A model generated the notes under the pieces. It saw only the letters and a list, made by a program, of their open reading frames with translations. It ran no database searches and was not told where the DNA came from. A program made the translations under genes and the position numbers. From a virus (lineage: Duplodnaviria; Caudoviricetes), in IMG/VR virus record IMGVR_UViG_3300037882_003602, positions 1 to 41,173 of that record: a DNA stretch of 41,173 nt; one strand, given 5' to 3'. This document shows, in pieces, positions 16,673 through 24,982 of this stretch. The number at the start of each line of letters is the position of its first letter. Within the stretch, counting starts at the first letter, position 1.

Positions 16673-16684
16673 GGCGCAACACTC

Positions 16685-16711
16685 AGGCGGCGGGCGCTAT
16701 GCCTGCCGCCT
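16685..16711 (+). repeat. GC-rich stem-loop, copy 1
   Basis: AGGCGGCGGGC-GCTAT-GCCTGCCGCCT. Confidence 0.75.
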
Positions 16712-16742
16712 CCCTCTCACTTCTGAAAACGGAGTTTAAGCC

Positions 16743-16928
16743 ATGTTAAACCACATTCCCTCTCTCCCGCTTTATGTCTGCCCTCGCACTGCCCGCAACA
16801 GCGCCGCCTTTGAAGCGTTGGAAGCGCGCCGCGAGGAGTTGCGCGCTCAATTCCCGCATTGGGATGATGTGCAGGTAAATCACGTTATGACGCTTGAGCG
16901 TCACTTTACGCAGTACCAGCGCCGCTAA
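16743..16928 (+). CDS. hypothetical protein
   Basis: GGAG RBS. Confidence 0.65.
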   Translation: MLNHIPSLPLYVCPRTARNSAAFEALEARREELRAQFPHWDDVQVNHVMTLERHFTQYQRR

Positions 16929-16939
16929 TGCCTTGCACA

Positions 16940-16968
16940 ATGGCGGCGGGCCTTGCGCCTGCCGCCAT
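16940..16968 (+). repeat. GC-rich stem-loop, copy 2
   Basis: ATGGCGGCGGGC-CTTGC-GCCTGCCGCCAT. Confidence 0.75.
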
Positions 16969-17019
16969 GATGCAGTGCGTTACGCATCTGCTACAACCCC
17001 TATCCGAAGGAGATTTTTT

Positions 17020-17181
17020 ATGTTTAAGAACGTGCTCGAAAACTGGCAGGATATTACCGCCTATTGCGCCGACCTCACCGAGGAAGTCACCGCCGAGGAG
17101 TTGCGGGCAGAATGTGAAAACATTCCGGCAGTGCAATCATTCCGTAACGGGAATGAAAGCTGGGAATCACTCGCCGCCTGA
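17020..17181 (+). CDS. small acidic hypothetical protein (53 aa)
   Basis: AAGGAG RBS. Confidence 0.65.
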   Translation: MFKNVLENWQDITAYCADLTEEVTAEELRAECENIPAVQSFRNGNESWESLAA

Positions 17182-17182
17182 A

Positions 17183-17199
17183 TCTCCCAACTTTGGAGA
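17183..17199. promoter_or_regulatory. 17-bp palindromic site, copy 2 (one mismatch)
   Basis: TCTCCCAACTTTGGAGA. Confidence 0.7.
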
Positions 17200-17202
17200 T
17201 TG

Positions 17203-17239
17203 TTAACGCTCGTTAAGAAATTAACGAGCGTTAATTTTT
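17203..17239 (+). terminator. intrinsic terminator
   Basis: TTAACGCTCGTTAA-GAAA-TTAACGAGCGTTAA followed by TTTTT. Confidence 0.7.
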
Positions 17240-17406
17240 CTCGCGCGTGCGCGTTATGCGTATGTCCGCAGGCGCTGCGCGCTATACACGCACCCGCGCC
17301 CTAGGCCGAAGGCGCTTCGCGCGTTATTTTTTATGTGTGCGCGTGAACGCTACTAAAACGCGCGAGAGCTGCCCCGAAGTTTTTGACCCGGCAATATCGC
17401 GTGAGA

Positions 17407-17423
17407 TCTCCAAAGTTTGGAGA
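17407..17423. promoter_or_regulatory. 17-bp palindromic site, copy 3
   Basis: TCTCCAAAGTTTGGAGA. Confidence 0.8.
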
Positions 17424-17459
17424 TAAATAATACTTTTTATTATATATAAAGGAGTTTTT

Positions 17460-17879
17460 ATGTCTAAAAAACCACTCAAGATTGTGACCAGTTCTTGTGT
17501 TAAGTCACTCAACGCGGTCAACGGAATGTACCCAACAACCAGTTGTAACCATATAATGAGGAAAAGTAATCACCAAATACATGCTTTACTTGAGAAAGAG
17601 AAAGCAGCTAGGAGGGAGAAGTGGAAACAAGAGCGTCAAGCATTCAAGGAAAGGAAAGAACGCCGTCAACAACTCAAACTGTTCGAGGTATTTTCCGAAG
17701 CATTTGCTTCTCATGTGATAAAAAGTATTAGTTATTATCCAACAACTGCTAATGTTACCGGTGTCAACAAAACGGCTTGCCGTCTTGGAGATGAATTAGC
17801 GGCGAAGGGCCATAGTCGAGAGGTCATATATCAGAGTTTAGGCTTCTCGAAGGGCCAAGGGAGAAGTAACACAATATAA
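17460..17879 (+). CDS. basic low-GC hypothetical protein
   Basis: AAGGAG RBS; atypical composition. Confidence 0.5.
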   Translation: MSKKPLKIVTSSCVKSLNAVNGMYPTTSCNHIMRKSNHQIHALLEKEKAARREKWKQERQAFKERKERRQQLKLFEVFSEAFASHVIKSISYYPTTANVTGVNKTACRLGDELAAKGHSREVIYQSLGFSKGQGRSNTI

Positions 17880-18174
17880 AATAACAAAATACTTCTCTTT
17901 TTATTACAAATACCAGAGTTACATAGAGTAGTAAATTACAGTCCCGGAATCTCGTTTTAGATACTTTTTCTAATAAATCTATATAAGGGATTTCTCACTT
18001 TATGTAACTCTCATTCCTCCCAATAACCTTAATCTTATACCATTGACGAATGAATCTTTTTCACCTAAAACAAGTCAACTTTCGCTACTAATACTTGTTG
18101 CCCGATAATTCGTTTTTAGAATCCAATTCTCGATTTTCAATTTCAAAATCAGAAACTTAATTCAGGAAACCACA

Positions 18175-19200
18175 ATGAAACCACACACCGAGCTTCTGCA
18201 AGTGATGACCAATACGATCCTCTACGAGCTGGGGCGTCACTTCCGCCCTCGCCCTGATTGGCACCGGCCTGACCATTCCATGTGTTGGATATGGCGCGGC
18301 CCGGTGACGGGAGGAGCCAGAGGTATCGCTCACAAGCGGCTCGGCTACCACGGAAGAACCACGCATTACGTCAACCACAAATCCACGCCTGTTTTGAGTT
18401 TGGGTTCGGATTACAAGCTCGATATTCGTCGCTTTCTTTTCCATCTGTACCGGACGCCTGATATGCCGGTGAACCGTTTGAAGCAATCCCATTGCATCAC
18501 GGCTAATTGCGTCAACCCCTGGCACCATACTCCCAGCTACTCCCCTGACCGAAAGAAGCAGGCGCTATGGCCTCAGAATTCGCCGCTGGAGATGCTTCAC
18601 CCATTCCTGGCTGGGGAGATGGCTCAAGATCCCGAATCCCTATCAGAACGCGAGGAAAAGCGCCTTAGAATGGAAATCGAGTATAAACAAGAACTTGGTA
18701 AGCAATATCAACTTATCCCTTTGAATTCATTGCTTACTACAGATGCCAGCAAGTTCGAGAACCGGATTGCGCAGCGCGAAGCGCCGCCGGAAGTCCACCA
18801 ATGGGCGAAGAATTATTGGCTCGTCGATCGGATGACATTGCTGCCGTATAGCGGCGATGTTGAGGAATACAACGCGGCTGCGCATTATATTTCCGTGCTC
18901 AAGCGCTGGGTTCCTGATTTAAGCGAAGGGAGTTTGTCCGAGGATTTGCGGACGCTTCTCCAGTGGTACAGTTTGCGGTTGCCTCCTTTGCCGCGCAATA
19001 TCTCGCGCAATGACGATTACTGGATAGGGCGTCATGAACTGGGCGATGGCTATTCCGTGTTGGAAGAAGCGGTCAACATGAAGATTCCTACCGGGAGCGA
19101 GGTATTGCGCCTGGATAAGAAGGTTCATTGCCGGTTGGTTCTCCTCAAAATAGGAGAATTACTTAACAATGAGATAAAGAGAATCGACTGGACAAAGTAG
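18175..19200 (+). CDS. HNH/His-Cys-box-type endonuclease-like protein with C-terminal extension
   Basis: CWIWRG and HCITANCVNPWHH motifs. Confidence 0.6.
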   Translation: MKPHTELLQVMTNTILYELGRHFRPRPDWHRPDHSMCWIWRGPVTGGARGIAHKRLGYHGRTTHYVNHKSTPVLSLGSDYKLDIRRFLFHLYRTPDMPVNRLKQSHCITANCVNPWHHTPSYSPDRKKQALWPQNSPLEMLHPFLAGEMAQDPESLSEREEKRLRMEIEYKQELGKQYQLIPLNSLLTTDASKFENRIAQREAPPEVHQWAKNYWLVDRMTLLPYSGDVEEYNAAAHYISVLKRWVPDLSEGSLSEDLRTLLQWYSLRLPPLPRNISRNDDYWIGRHELGDGYSVLEEAVNMKIPTGSEVLRLDKKVHCRLVLLKIGELLNNEIKRIDWTK

Positions 19201-19218
19201 TTATTTCTCTAATACAAT
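19189..19218 (+). promoter_or_regulatory. possible sigma70 promoter
   Basis: TGGACA-N18-TACAAT. Confidence 0.4.
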
Positions 19219-19248
19219 TATTCAACCCTCTATCACAAGGATACAAAT

Positions 19249-19452
19249 ATGAGAGATTTCTTTCATTCATTGCTGATGCACATCTTGAATTTGCTGCTGC
19301 TTTTCTGGAATCAGCACACCATCACATGGTACATCCGCCAAGTGCCGCGCGGTCGGCATCGGAGCTATTCCATCCAACTACCGGGTAATGGTTTGCCGCG
19401 ATGCACCTTCACCAGTCCGCTTCGGGCCTTTTTCTGGAGCGTCACCAAATGA
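19249..19452 (+). CDS. hypothetical protein
   Basis: AAGGA RBS; coupled to the next gene. Confidence 0.5.
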   Translation: MRDFFHSLLMHILNLLLLFWNQHTITWYIRQVPRGRHRSYSIQLPGNGLPRCTFTSPLRAFFWSVTK

Positions 19453-19724
19453 ACGGGCAAATCCGCTACAATGAGAAAGGCGATGCTCAATCGTTTTCAG
19501 GTGAGAATGCGGTTGACATTTTCCGCGCGGCGACTTTGGCGAGCGCGCTAGGACTGCTGAAAGTCGGCATTGGTATCCGTGGTCTCACCAAAACCCGCGC
19601 GCTGATGATGGCTACCGAATACACCGGCGTTAAATACAAGCGCGGTGAATTCGATAAGGCGCGCGACGATCTGAAAAAGATTATCGCTTTGCGCAAGCAA
19701 CACGTCGAACATATTCCGGCGTAG
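19449..19724 (+). CDS. hypothetical phage protein
   Basis: ATGA overlap; MATEYTGVKYKRG motif. Confidence 0.7.
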   Translation: MNGQIRYNEKGDAQSFSGENAVDIFRAATLASALGLLKVGIGIRGLTKTRALMMATEYTGVKYKRGEFDKARDDLKKIIALRKQHVEHIPA

Positions 19725-19725
19725 G

Positions 19726-19742
19726 TCTCCAAAGTTTGGAGA
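19726..19742. promoter_or_regulatory. 17-bp palindromic site, copy 4
   Basis: TCTCCAAAGTTTGGAGA, 1 nt after a stop codon. Confidence 0.8.
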
Positions 19743-19784
19743 AATTTTTCTGATTCAATTAACCCAATGAAGGAGAATTACACA

Positions 19785-20063
19785 ATGGCTCGTATCTGGA
19801 TTGAAACCCACGAAGCTAATCTTCGCAGCGCGCTCAGGAAATACGTTTCCGATTCCAAAACCAACGAGGTCAAGGAAACCTCGAAATACAATGGGAAGCG
19901 CGTGTTTTTCTACGACCGTGACGGCGTGCTCATCGCTCGTATCATGTACCACCGGCGCTCGCATCAGGCGCTGCTGGCGCATTACCTAAGCGCGCATCTG
20001 CCTTCGACTGAGCAGCGCGCCGATACCGACAAATCTGAAACCAAGCAGAGGAGGGCCGCGTGA
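19785..20063 (+). CDS. hypothetical protein
   Basis: AAGGAG RBS. Confidence 0.7.
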   Translation: MARIWIETHEANLRSALRKYVSDSKTNEVKETSKYNGKRVFFYDRDGVLIARIMYHRRSHQALLAHYLSAHLPSTEQRADTDKSETKQRRAA

Positions 20064-20377
20064 TGGAGATGCAAATCATCAAGGATGAAACCCGGACTCA
20101 GCCGCTTATCAAGGAATACGGCACATATTCCGATGATGAAAGAAGCGAGCGTTTCGTGCTCGATTCCTTCCAGTCGAAACGCTTCAACAGAAGCTGGTAC
20201 GAGCTGGTGCATAAGACGGCAGGGTATGAGCCCGCTGGATCATGCGCGAGGCTGACCAAGGAAGCATGGGGCGTGCTCTATCAAATCAATGGCGTGCAGC
20301 ATGGCTGCTGGTACGTCAGCGAGCAGGAGGCGCGCGCCGAATTCGATAAAAAGAAAAACCACCCGGAGGAATTATGA
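20060..20377 (+). CDS. hypothetical protein
   Basis: GAGG RBS; overlaps its neighbours. Confidence 0.7.
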   Translation: MMEMQIIKDETRTQPLIKEYGTYSDDERSERFVLDSFQSKRFNRSWYELVHKTAGYEPAGSCARLTKEAWGVLYQINGVQHGCWYVSEQEARAEFDKKKNHPEEL

Positions 20378-20553
20378 ACAGTAAAGACATCAGCAACGCA
20401 GGATTAGGCGATGTGATTTATTCGCCTGATCTTGGTGAGGGCAAGGTAATCGCCTGCACGGAGAAACCCAGCATCCGCGTTGAATTCAGCATCGCCGGAA
20501 AGCGCTGGCTCACCAAGGATACGTTCAAACACTACAACTGCGAAATCAAATAG
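20374..20553 (+). CDS. stand-alone PcrA/UvrD-type Tudor-like domain protein (59 aa, not in the ORF track)
   Basis: GGAGG RBS; LGDVIYSPDLGEGKVI...IRVEF..AGKRWL. Confidence 0.6.
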   Translation: MNSKDISNAGLGDVIYSPDLGEGKVIACTEKPSIRVEFSIAGKRWLTKDTFKHYNCEIK

Positions 20554-20563
20554 GGAGAATTAT

Positions 20564-20770
20564 ATGCTTACCAATGTCAAAGAAAATATGATGACGCGAG
20601 GAGAGGAATTGGCGAATCACTACGCCAATGGCTCACCCAGGGTTCAATCATCGGTCATCGCCGATACCAGCGTATCGCCCTCGCTGGCGGTGGCGACTAT
20701 GGTGAATCTCCCATCCAAATTCCACGGCGAATTCGCCAGAAAGGTGATCGAAAATGATATTAAGCGATGA
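20564..20770 (+). CDS. hypothetical protein
   Basis: GGGAG RBS. Confidence 0.6.
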   Translation: MLTNVKENMMTRGEELANHYANGSPRVQSSVIADTSVSPSLAVATMVNLPSKFHGEFARKVIENDIKR

Positions 20771-21314
20771 ACGGGATGTGATTTCAGCGCTCAATCTCTC
20801 CGGTCTGGTGATCGACGATAATACAGGAATCATCGCCGGAGAAGGGAATCAGCATTGGAGCGAGCTATACCCCATGCGCGCTGCGGATGTCGAGATCAGA
20901 AGCACCACCCAATGGCCGATGATTTTGTCCTTCTACGAATACAAAGCCGTGGTGGGAATGTTCGATCTGCTGTGGCAGGACGGCGAGCTCATTATCCAGG
21001 CACGACAGGCTGGCCTGCATCATCTCCTCGATATTCTATTCAAGAATACCGAGCGCAGCTACGCATCGCTCGACCGCGATTTTCGTGACTTCCTCAAAAC
21101 CGAGGAGTGGCACTGCATCGGTGAAGGAGAGCGCGCGAAGATCGGCGTGATCGGAAGGTCTCCGATTCTGAAAGTGCGTCACAAATACTGGCTGTTCTCC
21201 GGCGAGGGGAATTTGTCGGCGCTCCAGACGCTCAACAAGAATTGGTACATCGAAGGGCAATGCGTCCACGTCGATACTGAAAACCCAATCTATGAAACAG
21301 AAAGAAAATCATGA
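20754..21314 (+). CDS. hypothetical protein
   Basis: 186-aa ORF in the operon. Confidence 0.65.
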   Translation: MILSDERDVISALNLSGLVIDDNTGIIAGEGNQHWSELYPMRAADVEIRSTTQWPMILSFYEYKAVVGMFDLLWQDGELIIQARQAGLHHLLDILFKNTERSYASLDRDFRDFLKTEEWHCIGEGERAKIGVIGRSPILKVRHKYWLFSGEGNLSALQTLNKNWYIEGQCVHVDTENPIYETERKS

Positions 21315-21712
21315 CCGAGGATCTGACCACCGCGATTTTGCGGATATTCGATGAACATAACGATGTGCTCAAAGTGGCCGAGCAGCTGGATCTCGATCCT
21401 GCCGTGGTGCGCTATCATCTCACCAAGGAAGGGCGGAAGCTCCCCAAAGGATCATACCGTTTACGCCGAGGGCCGAAAGGTGCAGCCATCTCGCAATTCC
21501 ATGCGGCGGTGGGTGCAAAGATTTCTTATCTCAGGGCGGTAGCCAATAAGAGCAACATCGCCGATTTCGCTTACGAATGCGGAATCAGCACGAAGAAATA
21601 CGGTTTCATCGAGAAGGGAACCACCGATGCAACGCTGGGTGATATTCAGCGCATCGCCAGGGTGCTGGGCGTGACGCCGTGGGAGCTGATGACGCCTCTG
21701 GCGCTGCAATGA
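21311..21712 (+). CDS. double-HTH transcriptional regulator (N-terminal HTH plus XRE domain)
   Basis: VAEQLDLDPAVVRYHL and FAYECGISTKKYGFIEKG...TLGDIQRIARVLGV. Confidence 0.8.
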   Translation: MTEDLTTAILRIFDEHNDVLKVAEQLDLDPAVVRYHLTKEGRKLPKGSYRLRRGPKGAAISQFHAAVGAKISYLRAVANKSNIADFAYECGISTKKYGFIEKGTTDATLGDIQRIARVLGVTPWELMTPLALQ

Positions 21713-21981
21713 TACGCGGCAAGCGAGGCGTGGCGTCGGCGCTGGAAGTGACAGCTAAGATGATACGCGACTGCGAAACCGAAGATGATCTTCGTATTTT
21801 ATACAAGCATCTGGAGACGCGCAGGGAAGCCGCGTGCAACGAGTGGCGTCATCAAAAGACAAATGAATATCTGCGCCAGCTGATGCTCGGCTGGGGGCAT
21901 GGGATGAGAGCCGTATTCGATCTTTTAATCAATCAACCGAGAGGAGATTCCAGTGACAAACCATCGGCAGCAGATTCTTAG
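21709..21981 (+). CDS. hypothetical protein
   Basis: ATGA coupling. Confidence 0.6.
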   Translation: MIRGKRGVASALEVTAKMIRDCETEDDLRILYKHLETRREAACNEWRHQKTNEYLRQLMLGWGHGMRAVFDLLINQPRGDSSDKPSAADS

Positions 21982-22273
21982 TATCTGCGATGATTCGCGC
22001 AGATCGGCGGAAGAGAAAATCAACGATATAAAATATTTCGCCAATGAAATGGCGGCGAAGAATCACCAACGAGGATTCAGTGTTTCTTGCCGCGATGAAG
22101 GTCATTTCGACATCTATGGTGATAAAGGCCGGGAGTTTCGCATTCGTGGTGAGCACGGTAAGTTTTCTGTATCCGATGAACGCCGTGAGAATCGTGCTTT
22201 CGAAGGATGGCAGGAATTCAAATCCCTCCAGGCCGCGTTCATGTTCGTGGCTGATTTCTATATATCATTTTAA
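21953..22273 (+). CDS. hypothetical protein
   Basis: AGGAG RBS; GTG start. Confidence 0.65.
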   Translation: MTNHRQQILSICDDSRRSAEEKINDIKYFANEMAAKNHQRGFSVSCRDEGHFDIYGDKGREFRIRGEHGKFSVSDERRENRAFEGWQEFKSLQAAFMFVADFYISF

Positions 22274-22275
22274 CA

Positions 22276-22292
22276 TCTCCAAACTTTGGAGA
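22276..22292. promoter_or_regulatory. 17-bp palindromic site, copy 5
   Basis: TCTCCAAACTTTGGAGA between a stop codon and the next RBS. Confidence 0.8.
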
Positions 22293-22304
22293 AAGGAGAT
22301 TCCA

Positions 22305-22547
22305 ATGCGTAAAGACAATGAAGAATTCATGATGGATTTAATGCGCTTTTCCAAGCACGGAGCGCTGGCGCAAGGATTCATATTTCAGGCGATCTATGAA
22401 TACGCCAAGCAGGTGAAGGACGCCGATCCGAAGCTGTTCGAGCCTGAGAAATCCGAAGGTATCGTGCTTTGCATCCACGGCCCAGCATGGCAGGGCGTGG
22501 CGAAGGAAATCTTCGAGAAGCTGGACGCTCGTTTCAATGAAAACTGA
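22305..22547 (+). CDS. hypothetical phage protein
   Basis: AAGGAG RBS; FSKHGALAQGFI...AWQGVAKEI motif. Confidence 0.7.
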   Translation: MRKDNEEFMMDLMRFSKHGALAQGFIFQAIYEYAKQVKDADPKLFEPEKSEGIVLCIHGPAWQGVAKEIFEKLDARFNEN

Positions 22548-22815
22548 GCTCGAAGTTTTACTGCTCGATCTCCTGGCGCATATCGACTTCGAGATCGAGC
22601 AACGCAAAACCGGCGGTAACGATGAGGATTACGCCGATCTGCAGAAGCTGTCAGATCGTGGTCACAGGATGGTGCGAAAACTCGAATCGTTTGTTGTGGA
22701 GGAAGATCCGCCGGAACCAATGGAACCGGAGCCTCATTGCGCGAGCTGCGGAGAGCCGGCGGAGGAAGGCGATACTGGATGTCATCGTTGTGGAGGAAGG
22801 ATTCTTTATGGCTAA
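22537..22815 (+). CDS. hypothetical protein with C-terminal zinc ribbon
   Basis: CASCG...CHRCG. Confidence 0.65.
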   Translation: MKTELEVLLLDLLAHIDFEIEQRKTGGNDEDYADLQKLSDRGHRMVRKLESFVVEEDPPEPMEPEPHCASCGEPAEEGDTGCHRCGGRILYG

Positions 22816-23074
22816 GCATACTCCCGTCGAATTGGTGGTGCTGATTCAAATCCACTACATTCCGCTAATCTACATCAAAGGTACGATCAGCATGGCCGAG
22901 CGCAAAGCCATTGAGAAATGGCAGCGCTGCAAGATGATCGATGTCGTCGATGGTCATTCCGCCAACGGCTACGAAACCACACGCAAGGGTAAATTCTTCA
23001 TCGACTATCTTTGCGCACAGCCGATTCCGGTGGAAGAATCGAGCTATCATATTCCAAAACCGAAGGAGGGATAA
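22808..23074 (+). CDS. hypothetical protein (winged-helix-like)
   Basis: GGAGG RBS; YETTRKGK. Confidence 0.6.
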   Translation: MAKHTPVELVVLIQIHYIPLIYIKGTISMAERKAIEKWQRCKMIDVVDGHSANGYETTRKGKFFIDYLCAQPIPVEESSYHIPKPKEG

Positions 23075-23373
23075 TGCTTAAGGAAGTGAAATCACCCAAA
23101 GGATACGACTACGCCGAGCTGGGGCGCCGCTGCGTCAGGCAATCCGAGAATATGAGCAAACTGGTGCGGGATCTGGCGCGCGCCGGGTATGCGCTCGAAT
23201 TCATGGACAGGAAATATTCCAAGCTCGAACGGTACTTCGACAGTATGTGCCGAGAGAACGATCGCTTGCGGAAGAAGCTCCGCATGAAGCAGACCAAACA
23301 GTGGCGGGCGTGGAAGAAACGCCACGATGAAATGAAACCCAAGAAGAAAGAGGAGCTGGACGGAAATGATTAA
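23074..23373 (+). CDS. basic coiled-coil hypothetical protein
   Basis: GGAGG RBS; TAATG coupling. Confidence 0.65.
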   Translation: MLKEVKSPKGYDYAELGRRCVRQSENMSKLVRDLARAGYALEFMDRKYSKLERYFDSMCRENDRLRKKLRMKQTKQWRAWKKRHDEMKPKKKEELDGND

Positions 23374-23590
23374 CGAGGATTTTCAGGATCAGCAAGACAA
23401 CTATTTTCCCAAAGATCGCCCCTGTCCGTGTGGCTCCGGCAAGCATAGCTGGATACTCAGCGACAACCGAAACATCTCCTGCGGCAGGGTGTGCGATGAT
23501 TGCGAGGAAAAGGTGAAATCGAAATACCGTCCTGAGATTTTTCAGGATGGAAACTACGAATGTGAGGAGCAAATCGATGACGACTACTAA
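23366..23590 (+). CDS. small Cys-rich protein with SEC-C-like motif
   Basis: CPCGSGK...CGRVCDDC. Confidence 0.7.
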   Translation: MINEDFQDQQDNYFPKDRPCPCGSGKHSWILSDNRNISCGRVCDDCEEKVKSKYRPEIFQDGNYECEEQIDDDY

Positions 23591-24218
23591 AAAGAAGTAT
23601 CCGAAGATCGATGCCGCGCTCGATGCGCTGGGGCTGGCTTATGAGGCCGAATTCGTTCCGCTGAGTCAATCCAGAAATAAAAACTGGAAGGAGAAAAAGG
23701 AATACAAACACCCGACCTTGGAGTGGAAAATCAAAATCGGCAAGAAACACGAAAATCATCCTCTCGGAATGTTGTGGCCGATTCAAACTGAATACGGCGA
23801 GGGTATAGGCCATGCGCCGGGATACCAGTTTCAATTCGGCCAGAACGGATGGAAGGATCAATATTTCACGCTTGTGGCGGAGAAAGGTCGATACTTATCA
23901 TCGCTTCCGAAATTCAGCGATGGTGAGAAAACCGACTGGTTCGAAGCCCATGAACGGATGAAATCCGGCAGAGGTAAATTCAACAAACTTTCTCCTCCTG
24001 AATTCCGCGACGTGATGTATTCGCTCTTGCAGGATTCGGATGTCATCGACCGTGGTAGTTTCGAGGAATGGGCCGGAGAGCTGGGTTTCGATACCGATTC
24101 CAGATCGGCTGAGAGAATCTACAAGGAATGTCTCGATATGGCGCTGAAACTCCGAAACCTGATCGGCGATGCCAAAATGACTGAGCTGCGTGAAATATTT
24201 CAAGAGGAGGGTTTCTGA
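23577..24218 (+). CDS. conserved phage hypothetical protein
   Basis: DVMYSLLQD...SFEEWAGELGFDTDSR.A..IY..C motif. Confidence 0.75.
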   Translation: MTTTKKKYPKIDAALDALGLAYEAEFVPLSQSRNKNWKEKKEYKHPTLEWKIKIGKKHENHPLGMLWPIQTEYGEGIGHAPGYQFQFGQNGWKDQYFTLVAEKGRYLSSLPKFSDGEKTDWFEAHERMKSGRGKFNKLSPPEFRDVMYSLLQDSDVIDRGSFEEWAGELGFDTDSRSAERIYKECLDMALKLRNLIGDAKMTELREIFQEEGF

Positions 24219-24451
24219 TGAATTACGAAACGTGTGAAACCATCAAAAAGGAAGGGCGTGATAAACGCCATCAGGTGAACGATCTCATGGTGCAGGATTT
24301 ATTCTATGTCGTAGGTGAGTATCTGGTCTCGAAAATGTCGATCGAAGAAGCCTATGAGATGACGCTGCGCATCCGAAAGCTGAAAGATCAAGCATTCCAG
24401 GCAGGGATGAAATGCGCAGGCCGCGCAGGTCTCGACGAGATGAAGATATGA
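24218..24451 (+). CDS. hypothetical protein
   Basis: GGAGG RBS. Confidence 0.65.
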   Translation: MNYETCETIKKEGRDKRHQVNDLMVQDLFYVVGEYLVSKMSIEEAYEMTLRIRKLKDQAFQAGMKCAGRAGLDEMKI

Positions 24452-24816
24452 ACCATCACTTCAAGCATAACCTCCAAAGTACCGATAACGGCTGGCGTAT
24501 CAATCCTCCCGAAGGCGCTACTCGAACGCTCCAGTTTCAATATTACCGGGAAGGAGAAGGCGGCTGCTTTTACTGCTTCGACGCGGAACGGAAAATGCGC
24601 GTCAACGAGGATATGTTCATCATGAGCGAGGAGCAGCTGCGGCAAATCGCCGCAGTGTTTATGCGGCGGGAGATGCTTCGTCTTGCTCACCTGAACCAAG
24701 TTCTTCCGGCGGAAGATTCGCGGCCAGATGTTCATCCTGCTGATTCAGAAACGATGCTGCGATTGCTGCGTGATCTAGTGCGGCTTGTTGATCCACGAAA
24801 CCCTGTGGGAGAGTAG
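24448..24816 (+). CDS. hypothetical protein
   Basis: ATGA coupling. Confidence 0.6.
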   Translation: MNHHFKHNLQSTDNGWRINPPEGATRTLQFQYYREGEGGCFYCFDAERKMRVNEDMFIMSEEQLRQIAAVFMRREMLRLAHLNQVLPAEDSRPDVHPADSETMLRLLRDLVRLVDPRNPVGE

Positions 24817-24982
24817 TGGACGATGCGGCGCCGTGCTTCACCAACCCATACCAAAACCCGTTATCCTTTTGGAAGGACTCGGCGGTATGCGGCTTGTTCA
24901 GCGCGCGCTGCGCGCCGAAATGCTGATACAGATCTTGTAAAGGTGTGCTCATGGCGCTGAGATTAAACCCTAAAAAGGAGAA

